Shown here in pieces: positions 1 to 9,051 of a stretch of DNA of 64,000 nucleotides. Made by a program: the position numbers and the translations under genes. Each line of letters starts with the position of its first letter. Within the stretch, counting starts at the first letter, position 1. Origin of the DNA: Alphaproteobacteria bacterium (GTDB lineage: Bacteria > Pseudomonadota > Alphaproteobacteria > UBA828); NCBI GenBank assembly GCA_963667785.2, contig CAXXMU010000002.1, positions 352,001 through 416,000 on the forward strand. Reading direction: 5' to 3'. Below the pieces are notes generated by a model. The model was given only the letters and a program-made list of their open reading frames with translations, was not told where the DNA came from and ran no database searches.

Positions 1-1
1 G

Positions 2-1036
2 CTCCATCTCGCGGTGGCGACGCTGATGGACGCCGGCGGCCATATCGTCTCGTCCGCCTCGCTCTACGGCGGCAGCCACAACCTCTTCACCCACACCCTG
101 CCGCGCTTCGGCATCGAGACGAGCTTCGTCGACCCGCGCGACACCGAGGGGTTCCGCCGGGCGATCCGCCCCGAGACGCGCCTCGTCTTCGGCGAGACGC
201 TGGGCAATCCCGGCCTCGAGATCATGGACTTGCCGGCGGTCGCCGCCATCGCCCACGAGGCCGGCGTGCCGCTGATGCTCGACAACACCTTCGCCACGCC
301 CTGCCTCTGCCGGCCCTTCGAGCTGGGCTGCGACATCGTCATGCACTCGGCGACGAAGTTCCTGGGCGGCCACGGCGTCGCCATCGGCGGCGTGCTCGTC
401 GATGCCGGCACCTTCGACTGGGAGGCCTCGGGCCTCTTCCCGACGCTCACCGAGCCCTATGCCGGCTATCACGGCATCGACTTCGCCGAGGAGTTCGGGC
501 CGGCGGCCTTCATCGCCCGCGCACGCGCCGAGGGGCTGCGCGACTTCGGCGCCTGCATGAGCCCGACCAACGCCTTTCACATCCTCCAGGGCGTGGAGAG
601 CCTTCCGGTCCGCATGGCGCGGCATGTCGAGAACGCGCGCAAGATCGTCGTTTTCCTGGACGGACACGATGCGGTCTCGTGGGTGAGCTACCCGGAGCTC
701 CCCTCGCATCCCGATCACGAGCGGGCGAAGACGCTGTTGCCGGCGGGCGCGGGCGCGATCTTCTGCTTCGGCGTGAAGGGCGGGCGCGAGGCGGGCCGGG
801 CCTTCATCGAGGCAGTGGAGCTTCTCTCCCACCTCGCCAACGTGGGCGATGCGAAGAGCCTCGTCATCCATCCCGCCAGCACCACCCATCAGCAGATGGA
901 TGCCGCGGCGCTCGAAGCCGCCGGCGTCGGCGAGGACATGGTGCGGCTCTCGATCGGGCTCGAGGACCCGGAGGATCTCATCGCCGATCTCGAGCGCGGC
1001 TTGCGGGCGGCCGCGCGCGCGGCCGGGGGGCGCTGA
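2..1036 (+). CDS. metY: O-acetylhomoserine aminocarboxypropyltransferase/sulfhydrylase (Cys/Met metabolism PLP enzyme), 5' end outside window
   Basis: SLYGGS, HSATKFLGGHG (PLP lysine), HLANVGDAKSLVIHPASTTH motifs; frame open to the window edge. Confidence 0.9.
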   Translation, partial: LHLAVATLMDAGGHIVSSASLYGGSHNLFTHTLPRFGIETSFVDPRDTEGFRRAIRPETRLVFGETLGNPGLEIMDLPAVAAIAHEAGVPLMLDNTFATPCLCRPFELGCDIVMHSATKFLGGHGVAIGGVLVDAGTFDWEASGLFPTLTEPYAGYHGIDFAEEFGPAAFIARARAEGLRDFGACMSPTNAFHILQGVESLPVRMARHVENARKIVVFLDGHDAVSWVSYPELPSHPDHERAKTLLPAGAGAIFCFGVKGGREAGRAFIEAVELLSHLANVGDAKSLVIHPASTTHQQMDAAALEAAGVGEDMVRLSIGLEDPEDLIADLERGLRAAARAAGGR

Positions 1037-1038
1037 CC

Positions 1039-1833
1039 GTGGAGCTCACCGTAAACGGCGCGCAAGCCTTCGCCGCGACCGGCGGGCGGCCCTTCGATCC
1101 CGCCCTGCCGGTGACGGTGTTCGTTCACGGCGCCGCCTTCGATCACACGGTCTGGAAGCTCCAGTCCCGTTACTTCGCCTGGCACGGCGGCAGCGTGCTC
1201 GCGGTCGACCTGCCTGCGCACGGCCGCTCGCACGGGCCGCCCAGGCCGTCGATTCCGGCGATGGTGGACTGGCTGATGGCGCTGCTGGACGAAGCGCAGG
1301 TCGGCGAAGCCGCGCTGGTCGGCCACAGCATGGGCGCGCTGGTCACGCTGGAGGCCGCGGCGCGCAACGCCTCGCGGGTCCGCAAGCTCGCGCTGCTCGG
1401 CGCCGCCGCCGCGATCCCGGTCAACGACCTGCTGCTCGGCACCTCGGCCGAGAACGATCACCATGCGCTGGAGCTGCTCACCGGCTGGGGCTACGGCCGT
1501 CGCGCGCACTATGGCGGCCATCGCATGCCGGGCATGTGGATGACCGGCGGTGGGTTGCGCACGCTGGAGCGTGCGGCGGCGGGCGTGCTGCACACCGATC
1601 TGGTGGCGACCAACGACTACGACGGCGGCGAGGCCGCTGCCGCGGCGGTCGCGTGTCCCGCGCTGGTGCTGATCGGCGCGCGCGACCTGATGACGCCGGC
1701 GAAGCGGGGGATGGCGCTGGCCGGCCTCATGGCAAGCGCGACCAGCGTGGTGATTCCCGAGGTCGGCCACATCATGCTCGACGAGGCGCCGGACGAGACC
1801 CTCGACGCGCTCCGGGATTTCCTCGCGGATTAG
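1039..1833 (+). CDS. alpha/beta fold hydrolase
   Basis: FVHGA oxyanion motif, DLPAHGRS, GHSMG nucleophile elbow, C-terminal GH; GTG start 2 nt after the metY stop. Confidence 0.85.
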   Translation: MELTVNGAQAFAATGGRPFDPALPVTVFVHGAAFDHTVWKLQSRYFAWHGGSVLAVDLPAHGRSHGPPRPSIPAMVDWLMALLDEAQVGEAALVGHSMGALVTLEAAARNASRVRKLALLGAAAAIPVNDLLLGTSAENDHHALELLTGWGYGRRAHYGGHRMPGMWMTGGGLRTLERAAAGVLHTDLVATNDYDGGEAAAAAVACPALVLIGARDLMTPAKRGMALAGLMASATSVVIPEVGHIMLDEAPDETLDALRDFLAD

Positions 1834-1978
1834 CGCGTTTCCGCTTCACACGGAAACGCGCTCGCTCTTTGTCGCTCACGGCAGCCGGCCTTCAGCCGGC
1901 GCCTCCGCGAGGGCGCCGCATGCGCGGCGGGCCGCAGTCGCGGCCTGTCGCGTGTCCGCCAAAAGCGGACACGCGCTA
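1831..1978. repeat. palindromic intergenic element (MITE/REP-like) with terminal inverted repeats; probable bidirectional terminator
   Basis: Begins TAGCGCGTTTCCGCTT and ends AAGCGGACACGCGCTA (inverted, 1 mismatch). Each end forms its own hairpin (GCGCGTTTCCG/CGGAAACGCGC and CGCGTGTCCGC/GCGGACACGCG). The terminal TAG and CTA are the stop codons of the two convergent genes. Confidence 0.65.
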
Positions 1979-2665
1979 AATCACCAGGCGGTAGCCGCCG
2001 CCCTCGGTGACCAGCAGGCGGGGATCGGAGGGCTCCGGCTCGATCTTCTGCCGCAGCCGGTAGATGTGGGTTTCCAGCGTGTGGGTGGCGACGTTGGCGT
2101 TGTAGCCCCACACCTCGCTCAGCAGCACGTCGCGGGCGATCGCCCGGTCGCGCGCCCGGTAGAGGTACTTGAGGATCGCCGCCTCCTTCTCGGTGAGCCT
2201 GATCTTGCCGGTGCCGTTCGGCCGGATCAGCAGCTTCGACGCCGGCCTGAAGGTGTACTGGCCGATGGTGAAGGTCGCGTCCTCGCTGTGCTCGTGCTGG
2301 CGAAGCTGGGCGCGGATGCGCGCGAGCAGCGCGCCGAGGCGGAAGGGCTTGGTGACGTAGTCGTTGGCGCCGGAATCGAGGCCGAGGATGGTGTCGGCCT
2401 CGCTGTCGGCGGCGGTCAGCATGATGATCGGCACGGCGATCCCGCTCCGGCGCACGAGCTTGCAGACCTCCCGGCCATCCATGTCGGGCAGCCCGATGTC
2501 CAGCAGGATCAGGTCGAAGCCCCCGCCCTTGACCGCTTCCAGCGCCTCCCGGCCGGTGGCCGCCTCGCTCGCCGCGAACTCCTCGTACATGTGGAGCTGC
2601 TCGGCCAAGGACCGGCGCAGCGCCTGGTCGTCGTCGACGATGAGGATGGTCTTGCGGGCGCTCAC
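1976..2665 (-). CDS. cenR: OmpR-family response regulator, CenR/OtpR-like
   Basis: Receiver (IVDDD, LLDIGLPD, GANDYVTKPF) plus winged helix with alphaproteobacterial CenR-type segments RAQLRQHEHSEDA and THTLETHIYRLRQKIEP; GTG start chosen. Confidence 0.8.
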   Translation of the reverse strand: MSARKTILIVDDDQALRRSLAEQLHMYEEFAASEAATGREALEAVKGGGFDLILLDIGLPDMDGREVCKLVRRSGIAVPIIMLTAADSEADTILGLDSGANDYVTKPFRLGALLARIRAQLRQHEHSEDATFTIGQYTFRPASKLLIRPNGTGKIRLTEKEAAILKYLYRARDRAIARDVLLSEVWGYNANVATHTLETHIYRLRQKIEPEPSDPRLLVTEGGGYRLVI

Positions 2666-2839
2666 GGCAGCGTTCCCATGGCGGCGTTCAGTCTTTCGCC
2701 GCACTATAGCACGACGCCGGCCCGTTGGAGGTGCCTGCGCAGGTGGCCGGCCTGCGGGCTGCCGGCATTCCCGCGCGGCGAGCGCCGTGATAGGGTGCGG
2801 CGAACTCTCCGGCGTTCACCCTATCAGGCGGGAATCATT

Positions 2840-3724
2840 ATGAAAGCGCTCCCCGCAACGCTTCTTGCGATCGCACTCGCGTCGACCCTTGCCGCCTGCG
2901 GGGGCGGGGGCAAGCGAGCGCCCAGCATCGAGGAAATCCGGGAGCTGACCGGCCTGTCCGCGCCGGCCGAGACGCCGGGGGCCCAGCGCGTGCGAGCGCC
3001 GGACATCGAAGCGCGCGCCGATTCCCTGATCCTGTCCACGGTACACGGGGAGACGAGCCTCGCCGAGGTTCCCACTTTTCGATTGGAGTCACGATGCAGC
3101 GGAACCCGGTGCACGATATCCGAGTCGAGCATCGGCCTCTCAGACACCATAGAGCTGTCCGACCTCGAGCCCGTGGAAGGCGCCGCCGACGCGATCGGTA
3201 CCAGGTACGGCATCACCCTGATGTCGCAGACCGCGGAGCTGATGGACGCGAGATTCGTTTCGTTCGGCGCGTGGATGGAGCACGGCGCATTCGCGGTCCA
3301 GACCGAGGACGGCACGCTTGAAGGGACCAGGATCAGCGCCCGCTACGCAGCGGCCGGGGGAGACCTCACGGGAGCGGCGCCGGCCGGGAGCGCAACCTGG
3401 CGCGGCCTCATGGTCGGAACGCCGGCCACGGGGAGCAGCCGCGGCGACCGGCTGCAGGGTATTGCGGCCCTGAACTACGACATGAATGCCGGCGGCGGGC
3501 TCGACGTCGCCTTCAGCAGCATCACGAACATCGAGCGCGGAACGGCGCACTCGACGGCCACCGTGATCTTCGCCGACGTGCCGATCGGGTCGGACGGGAC
3601 GTTCGAGACCGGCTTGGCCGGCAACCGCATCCAGGGCGGCTTCTACGGCCCCGGCCACGCCGAGGCGGCGGGCATCTTCGAGCAGTCGAACATCGTCGGC
3701 GCGTTCGGGGCGACGCTCCAGTAG
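2840..3724 (+). CDS. surface lipoprotein with transferrin-binding-protein-like C-terminal beta-barrel
   Basis: Signal peptide with lipobox LAAC followed by GGGG; C-terminal GGFYGPGHAEAAGIFEQSNIVGAFGA typical of TbpB-like barrels. Confidence 0.7.
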   Translation: MKALPATLLAIALASTLAACGGGGKRAPSIEEIRELTGLSAPAETPGAQRVRAPDIEARADSLILSTVHGETSLAEVPTFRLESRCSGTRCTISESSIGLSDTIELSDLEPVEGAADAIGTRYGITLMSQTAELMDARFVSFGAWMEHGAFAVQTEDGTLEGTRISARYAAAGGDLTGAAPAGSATWRGLMVGTPATGSSRGDRLQGIAALNYDMNAGGGLDVAFSSITNIERGTAHSTATVIFADVPIGSDGTFETGLAGNRIQGGFYGPGHAEAAGIFEQSNIVGAFGATLQ

Positions 3725-3791
3725 GAAGGGGGCCGTACGCCGGTTGTCGGGATGGCAACAGGGGGCGGCGCGAGCCCCTGGACCGAAGGGC

Positions 3792-3864
3792 GCAAGAGAA
3801 AACTCCGGACGTCCGGGGCTTTCTGGACCTCTGCGGGAACCCGCGGTCTACCGGAATGGTGGAG
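3792..3864 (+). repeat. 73-bp direct repeat, copy 1 (putative att site: tRNA-Ala 3' 8 nt plus trailer/terminator)
   Basis: 63/73 identical, ungapped, to 33476..33548 (hand alignment). Confidence 0.85.
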
Positions 3865-4291
3865 GCGGGGTCTGCCAAGAAATGCACGCAACATAGTGAT
3901 ATAGAGTTCTATTCTTAGATATCGGTTCGCTCGCCCCCATAGTCGTGCCCACGCTGGAGGCGAGCAGAGGCGCAACCCGCAACGGTGGGTTCTACAATGA
4001 AATCTTATGGGTGCTATCAGCATGATGTCTTGGACGCTATATGATCGAATTGCATAGATTGCGTCTTGTCTGGAGTCGTACCGGCCCCGTCGGTACCGCG
4101 ACCTTCCCGAAGTTGGAGGCACAGGCATGGAGATTCGCGGCAGGTGGGAGCGCGAAGGGGCGCGCATTCGCGCCGCCGCAGGAGCCCTCGTGATGCCGGC
4201 GGGCGGGCGCGCGACGTTGCCGGCGGGGCCTCTCGGGCATCCCGCGACATGGGATCGGTCCCCCCGGTCCGCCTGACGGGAATCGACGTCG

Positions 4292-5452
4292 ATGACTTCG
4301 GGATCGAGCATACCGGCGGGTTCTTCGACGCCGCCCGTGTTCGTGACCGGTTCGGCCGGGCATGTCGGCGCCAACCTCGTGCGCCGGCTGCTCGACGAGG
4401 GCGTGCCGGTCCGGGTGCTGCTGAGACACGGCGACAACAACGAGGGCCTGGAGGGTCTCGAGGTCGAGCGCGCCTACGGCGACATTCGCGATCTGGATGA
4501 CACCAGGCGGGCGATCGCGGGGTGTCGGGGCGTCTATCACTGCGCGGCCTACGTCTCGACCATCGCAGGCAACCGCGCCCATCGCCGCGACCTGTTCGAG
4601 TGCAACGTTCTCGGCACCCGCAACGTGCTGCAGGCGGCGCGGGAGGCGGAGGCCGGCCGGGTGGTCGTGACGGGCTCGTTCAGCGCGGTCGGATACGACC
4701 TGGACGATCCGTCCGCTCCCAGCAACGAGACCATGCAGTTCTATCCCATGGAGCGCACGATGCCCTACGAGCGCAGCAAGTCGCTCGTCGAGCAGGAGTG
4801 CTGGCGCGCGGCGGCAACGGGACAGGACGTGGTGGTCGCAACCTGTTGCGCGGTGGTGGGGGGCGCCGACTTTCTCCCCTCGCGGCTGGGAAGAACCCTG
4901 TGCGACTACACCAACGGCAAGCTCCGTGCCTATGTCGATGGCGGGTTCGAGTTCGTCGCGGCCCGCGACATCGTCGAGGGGCACCTGCTCTGCATGCGCC
5001 ACGGCCGCTCGGGCGAGAAGTACATCTTCAGCACAGAGTACAAGACCATCTCGGATATCCTGGATCTCTTCGAGGAGGTCTCGGGCGTCCCGCGGCCGCG
5101 CCGGCGCATGCCGACCCGCCTCATGCTCGTCTTTTCGGAAATCGCGAGCTTCTATCTGAGCCGGGTCCACCCGGGCTTTCCCCAGCGCTTCACGCCCGGC
5201 GCCATCCGCCTGTTGCAAAAGCGCCGGCACGCCGACATCGGCAAGGCGAAGCGGGAGCTCGGCTATCGGCCGACCGGCCTCCGCGCCGCGGTGCACGAGG
5301 CCTACGCGTTCCACTACGGCCGCGACAAGATCGCGAACCCGCACGCGAAGCGCCCGCGCGAGGACGACGCGAGGCACCGTGTCGCGTCAGAGGAGGGCGA
5401 TCCCGCGCCGGACCAGGGCATGCGGATGATGGCAGGCGGGAGCGCGACATGA
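4292..5452 (+). CDS. extended SDR (3-beta-hydroxysteroid dehydrogenase/decarboxylase-like; SdmB-like)
   Basis: VTGSAGHVG Rossmann motif, YERSK catalytic YxxxK; first gene of the sterol operon. Confidence 0.75.
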   Translation: MTSGSSIPAGSSTPPVFVTGSAGHVGANLVRRLLDEGVPVRVLLRHGDNNEGLEGLEVERAYGDIRDLDDTRRAIAGCRGVYHCAAYVSTIAGNRAHRRDLFECNVLGTRNVLQAAREAEAGRVVVTGSFSAVGYDLDDPSAPSNETMQFYPMERTMPYERSKSLVEQECWRAAATGQDVVVATCCAVVGGADFLPSRLGRTLCDYTNGKLRAYVDGGFEFVAARDIVEGHLLCMRHGRSGEKYIFSTEYKTISDILDLFEEVSGVPRPRRRMPTRLMLVFSEIASFYLSRVHPGFPQRFTPGAIRLLQKRRHADIGKAKRELGYRPTGLRAAVHEAYAFHYGRDKIANPHAKRPREDDARHRVASEEGDPAPDQGMRMMAGGSAT

Positions 5453-6546
5453 AGGCGGCGCTACGCGAACCGCCCGGCTTCGAGGATGCCGGCAACCTGC
5501 GCCAGCAGGCGCGCGCCGCGGGCATGGACCCGAATTACTGGTATCCGGTCGAGGAGGTGCGCCGGATCAAGCCGGAGACGGTGGTCGAGGTCGTTTTCTG
5601 GAAGCGCTCCATCGCGCTCTTTCGCGGAAGGGACGGCACCTTCCAGGCGGTCGAGGATCGCTGCGCGCATCGCCAGCTCAAGCTCTCCCTCGGCGACGTG
5701 CAGGGATGCCGGCTGGTCTGCGCCTATCATGGCTGGGAGTACGGCGGGGAGGGGCGTCCCGCCGGGGTGCCCCACGACCCCGAGGGGCGAAGCTTTCCGA
5801 AACTCGCGCTCAAGACCTACCCGGTGAAGGTCCGCTACGGTCTGATCTGGCTCTTCCCGGGGGATCCGGCGCTGGCGGAGGTACGCCGGATCCCGGATAT
5901 TCCCGAGCTCGAGGGACGCGGCCGCTGGGCCTGCGTGCCGCTCTGCTTCACGTGGTCGGCTCACCACTCGATGGTGATCGACAACGTGAGCGACTTCACC
6001 CACGCACATCTGCACCGCCGCTACCGGCCCTTCGACGGGGCCACCCTCACCCGCTGCGAGACCCTCGGCGACAACGTGCATCTCGCCTACGACACGCACG
6101 TCGGGCGCGGGCGTATCTCCGGACTCTTCGTCGATCATCGGCGGCTCGATACCAACCGCATGGAGCTCTGCTACGAGTACCCCTACCAGTGGTCGAACAC
6201 CGACGACGCGATCAAGCACTGGCTCTTCGTGCTGCCGGTCGATGAGCGCACCAGCCGGGTGTTCTTCCTGTTCTACTTCAAGTCTCTGAAGGTTCCGTTG
6301 CTGCCCGTGCGCATTCCCCGCTTCGCCATGACCGCGGTGATGAAGGTCTCCAACCGCCTGCTCATCGCGCCCCTGCTCACCCAGGACCAGTTCGCGCTGG
6401 AGGCGGAGCAGGAGGGTTACGAGAAACACTGGGAGGCCCGTCCCGTCGAGTTCAATCCGGTGGTCAAGGCCTTTCAGAAGGTGACCGTGCGCAAGTGGCA
6501 GGAGCATCTGGCGCGCGAGACGGAGGCCGGCGATGCCGCCGCCTGA
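5449..6546 (+). CDS. Rieske non-heme iron oxygenase (sterol C4-methyl oxidase SdmA-like)
   Basis: CAH...CAYHGW Rieske cluster motif, DNVSDFTHAHLH mononuclear iron motif; ATGA overlap with the SDR gene. Confidence 0.75.
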   Translation: MKAALREPPGFEDAGNLRQQARAAGMDPNYWYPVEEVRRIKPETVVEVVFWKRSIALFRGRDGTFQAVEDRCAHRQLKLSLGDVQGCRLVCAYHGWEYGGEGRPAGVPHDPEGRSFPKLALKTYPVKVRYGLIWLFPGDPALAEVRRIPDIPELEGRGRWACVPLCFTWSAHHSMVIDNVSDFTHAHLHRRYRPFDGATLTRCETLGDNVHLAYDTHVGRGRISGLFVDHRRLDTNRMELCYEYPYQWSNTDDAIKHWLFVLPVDERTSRVFFLFYFKSLKVPLLPVRIPRFAMTAVMKVSNRLLIAPLLTQDQFALEAEQEGYEKHWEARPVEFNPVVKAFQKVTVRKWQEHLARETEAGDAAA

Positions 6547-7633
6547 AGCGCTCGACCTCTCGTCGGCGCTCTCGGGCGAGACCCTGCTCGAGGCCGCGGC
6601 GATGGTGCTGGGGTTCATCGCCCTCCTTTTCGTGACGTCGCTGATCCTGCCAGGGCGCCGCATCACGGGCCCGGATGCCGACGGGAACGAGCGCGTCTAC
6701 AAGCTCAACGGCCTCGCGCTCTTTGTCATCACCTTGCTCGTTGCGGGCCTCGCCCAGGGCTTCGGCTGGTTCTCCCTCTCGGTGCTGCATACCCACCTGC
6801 TCGCCCTCTTCGTCGTGGCGAACGGATTCGCGTTCGCTTTCTCCGGCTGGCTCTACCTGCGCGGGGTGCTCAGGCCCCGTTCGGAGTCCGGGTCCTGGCG
6901 GGACTTTTTCGACGGGGTGGATGCCGCTCCGTACTGGCTCGGGCTGGATATCAAGCTCTTCAGCTACTGCCCCTCCCTCATCGGCCTGGCGCTCTTCAAC
7001 GCATCGTTTGCCGCCGTGCAGTACGAGACCTACGGCGAGCTGACCCTGGCGATGATGCTCTATCAGACCTTCACGTTCCTGTACGTGCTCAACTACTTCC
7101 AGTTCGAGCAGGGGATGATCCATACCTGGGACATCGTCCGCGAGCGCTTCGGCTGGAATCTGGTCTGGGGCGACTACGTGCTGGTGCCCTTCTTCTACTG
7201 TCTCCCCGGCTGGTGGCTGGTCCACGCGCCGGAGCCGCTGTCGCCGGCCGCCGCCGCCGGGATCGTCGTGCTCTTCCTGTTCGGCTTCTGGATCTTCCGT
7301 GGTTCCAACCAGCAGAAGCACCGCTTCAAGCGCGACCCCACTGTCAAGATCTGGGGGCAACCCGCCAAGACCCTGGACGGGCGCCTCCTCGTCTCCGGCT
7401 TCTGGGGCATCGGGCGGCACCTCAACTATACGGGTGAGATCTGCGTCTACCTCACTTTCGCCCTCACCACCGGGTTTGTCTCCTGGGCTCCGTTCCTGTT
7501 GCCGGCGTGGGTCGCGGGTCTGCTGTGGCACCGTTCGATACGCGACGAGCGCCGCTGCCGCGCCAAGTATGGCGAGCTGTGGGAGCGCTACACGCAGAAG
7601 GCCCGCTTCGCGATGCTGCCCTTCATCCACTGA
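6533..7633 (+). CDS. ERG4/ERG24-family sterol reductase, most like delta14-sterol reductase
   Basis: Multi-pass membrane protein with TWDIVRERFGWNLVWGDYVLVPFFY, LLVSGFWGIGRHLNYTGE and RDERRCRAKYGELWERY signatures. Confidence 0.88.
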   Translation: MPPPEALDLSSALSGETLLEAAAMVLGFIALLFVTSLILPGRRITGPDADGNERVYKLNGLALFVITLLVAGLAQGFGWFSLSVLHTHLLALFVVANGFAFAFSGWLYLRGVLRPRSESGSWRDFFDGVDAAPYWLGLDIKLFSYCPSLIGLALFNASFAAVQYETYGELTLAMMLYQTFTFLYVLNYFQFEQGMIHTWDIVRERFGWNLVWGDYVLVPFFYCLPGWWLVHAPEPLSPAAAAGIVVLFLFGFWIFRGSNQQKHRFKRDPTVKIWGQPAKTLDGRLLVSGFWGIGRHLNYTGEICVYLTFALTTGFVSWAPFLLPAWVAGLLWHRSIRDERRCRAKYGELWERYTQKARFAMLPFIH

Positions 7634-7641
7634 GAACGGAG

Positions 7642-9051
7642 ATGGCCAACCCATCCCATAGCATGGCGACCCTGCCTTCGGCGGATCTCCCACCGCGGGC
7701 GGACGAGACACTTCCCGAGCTCGCGGGCAGGTGGCCGCTGCTCGGCCATCTGCCCGAGTTCCAGAGGGATCCGGTCGCCATGTTGAGCCGCGGCTGGCGC
7801 GAGCATGGCGAGCTCTTCCGTTTCCGGCTCGGGACCCGCGCGTTCGTTCTCTTCACCGGGCCCCAGGCCCACGACTTCTATTTCAGGACGCCCGAGGAGC
7901 AGCTGAACGCCAAGGCCGTCTATCGCTTCACCGTCCCCATCTTCGGACGCGGCGTGGCCTACGACACCTCCCCCGACATCATGGCGGAACAGCTGGGCTT
8001 TCTCTTTCCGGCGCTCCGCGAAGCGGCCATGCGCAGGTTCGCCCTCATCATGTTCGAGGAAGCGTGGCAGTTCGCCGACGCCCTCGGCGACGATGGGGAA
8101 ATCGATCTGCCGCACGCGATGAACGAGCTCACGGTCAAGATCGCGAGCCGCTGCCTGATCGGACAGGAAGTCCGCGATCGGGTGGACACCGGCTTTGCCG
8201 AGACCTACCACGACCTGCAGAAGGGCATTAACACCCTGGGATTCTTCCTGCCCAATCTTCCCGTCGCGTCGCATCGAAAGCGCGACAGGGCCCGGCGACG
8301 GGTGGCGGAGCTCTTCGGGCAGATCATGGCGGCGCGCCGGGACGCCGGGGCCAGCCCCGACGACTTCATGCAGACGCTCATGGACGCCCGGTACAAGAAC
8401 GGCCACTCTCTGAGCGACGACGAGATCACAGGGATCCTGCTGACGGTGCTGTTCGCGGGCCAGCACACCAGCGCGGTGCTCGCGACCTGGACCGGTCTGG
8501 AGCTTTTCAGGGCGCCATCCTACCTGGCGCGGGTGAGAGACGAGGCAGAGGACGTCTACCGCGAAGCGGGGTCCATGAGCATCGACAGCCTCCAGCGCCA
8601 GCCGGCTCTGGAGAACGCCGTCCGCGAGTGCGAGCGGCTGCACCCGCCGCTGATACTGCTGGTCCGAAAGGTGCTCGAGCCCCTGCGCTATGGAGAGCGC
8701 GTCGTGCCTGCCGGCACCATGGCCATGGTGTCGCCGGCGGTCTCGCACCGCCTGCCCCACATCTTCGCCGACCCGGAGCGCTTCTTCCCCGACCGCTTCG
8801 CGTCTCCCGCCTGCGAGGACAAGCAACACCGCTACGCCCTGATCGGCTTCGGCGGCGGCAAGCACGCGTGCATGGGGAAGAATTTCGCGTACATGCAGCT
8901 CAAGGCGATCTGGACCGTTCTGCTCGATCGCTTCGAGTTCTCCCCCAGCGGCGCCTTTCCGCGTCCGAACTACGGTAGCTGGGTGACGGGACCCGAGAGA
9001 CCGTGCCGCGTCCGCTACCGTCGTCGCTCGCAGCCGAGCGTCTTCCGATGA
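7642..9051 (+). CDS. cyp51: cytochrome P450 sterol 14-alpha-demethylase
   Basis: SRS1 YRFTVPIFGRGVAYD, I-helix LFAGQHTS, ExxR (ECER), heme motif FGGGKHACMG; GGAG RBS. Confidence 0.92.
   Translation: MANPSHSMATLPSADLPPRADETLPELAGRWPLLGHLPEFQRDPVAMLSRGWREHGELFRFRLGTRAFVLFTGPQAHDFYFRTPEEQLNAKAVYRFTVPIFGRGVAYDTSPDIMAEQLGFLFPALREAAMRRFALIMFEEAWQFADALGDDGEIDLPHAMNELTVKIASRCLIGQEVRDRVDTGFAETYHDLQKGINTLGFFLPNLPVASHRKRDRARRRVAELFGQIMAARRDAGASPDDFMQTLMDARYKNGHSLSDDEITGILLTVLFAGQHTSAVLATWTGLELFRAPSYLARVRDEAEDVYREAGSMSIDSLQRQPALENAVRECERLHPPLILLVRKVLEPLRYGERVVPAGTMAMVSPAVSHRLPHIFADPERFFPDRFASPACEDKQHRYALIGFGGGKHACMGKNFAYMQLKAIWTVLLDRFEFSPSGAFPRPNYGSWVTGPERPCRVRYRRRSQPSVFR

Noticed and set aside
1952-2839. 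N-terminal extension making a 590-aa protein
   Set aside because: Antisense to cenR; the real lipoprotein starts at ATG 2840 with a signal peptide
3850-3900. tmRNA or intact tRNA gene (GCCTCCACCA on minus strand)
   Set aside because: Only the terminal few bases match; no T-arm or cloverleaf upstream, so it is treated as an att-like remnant
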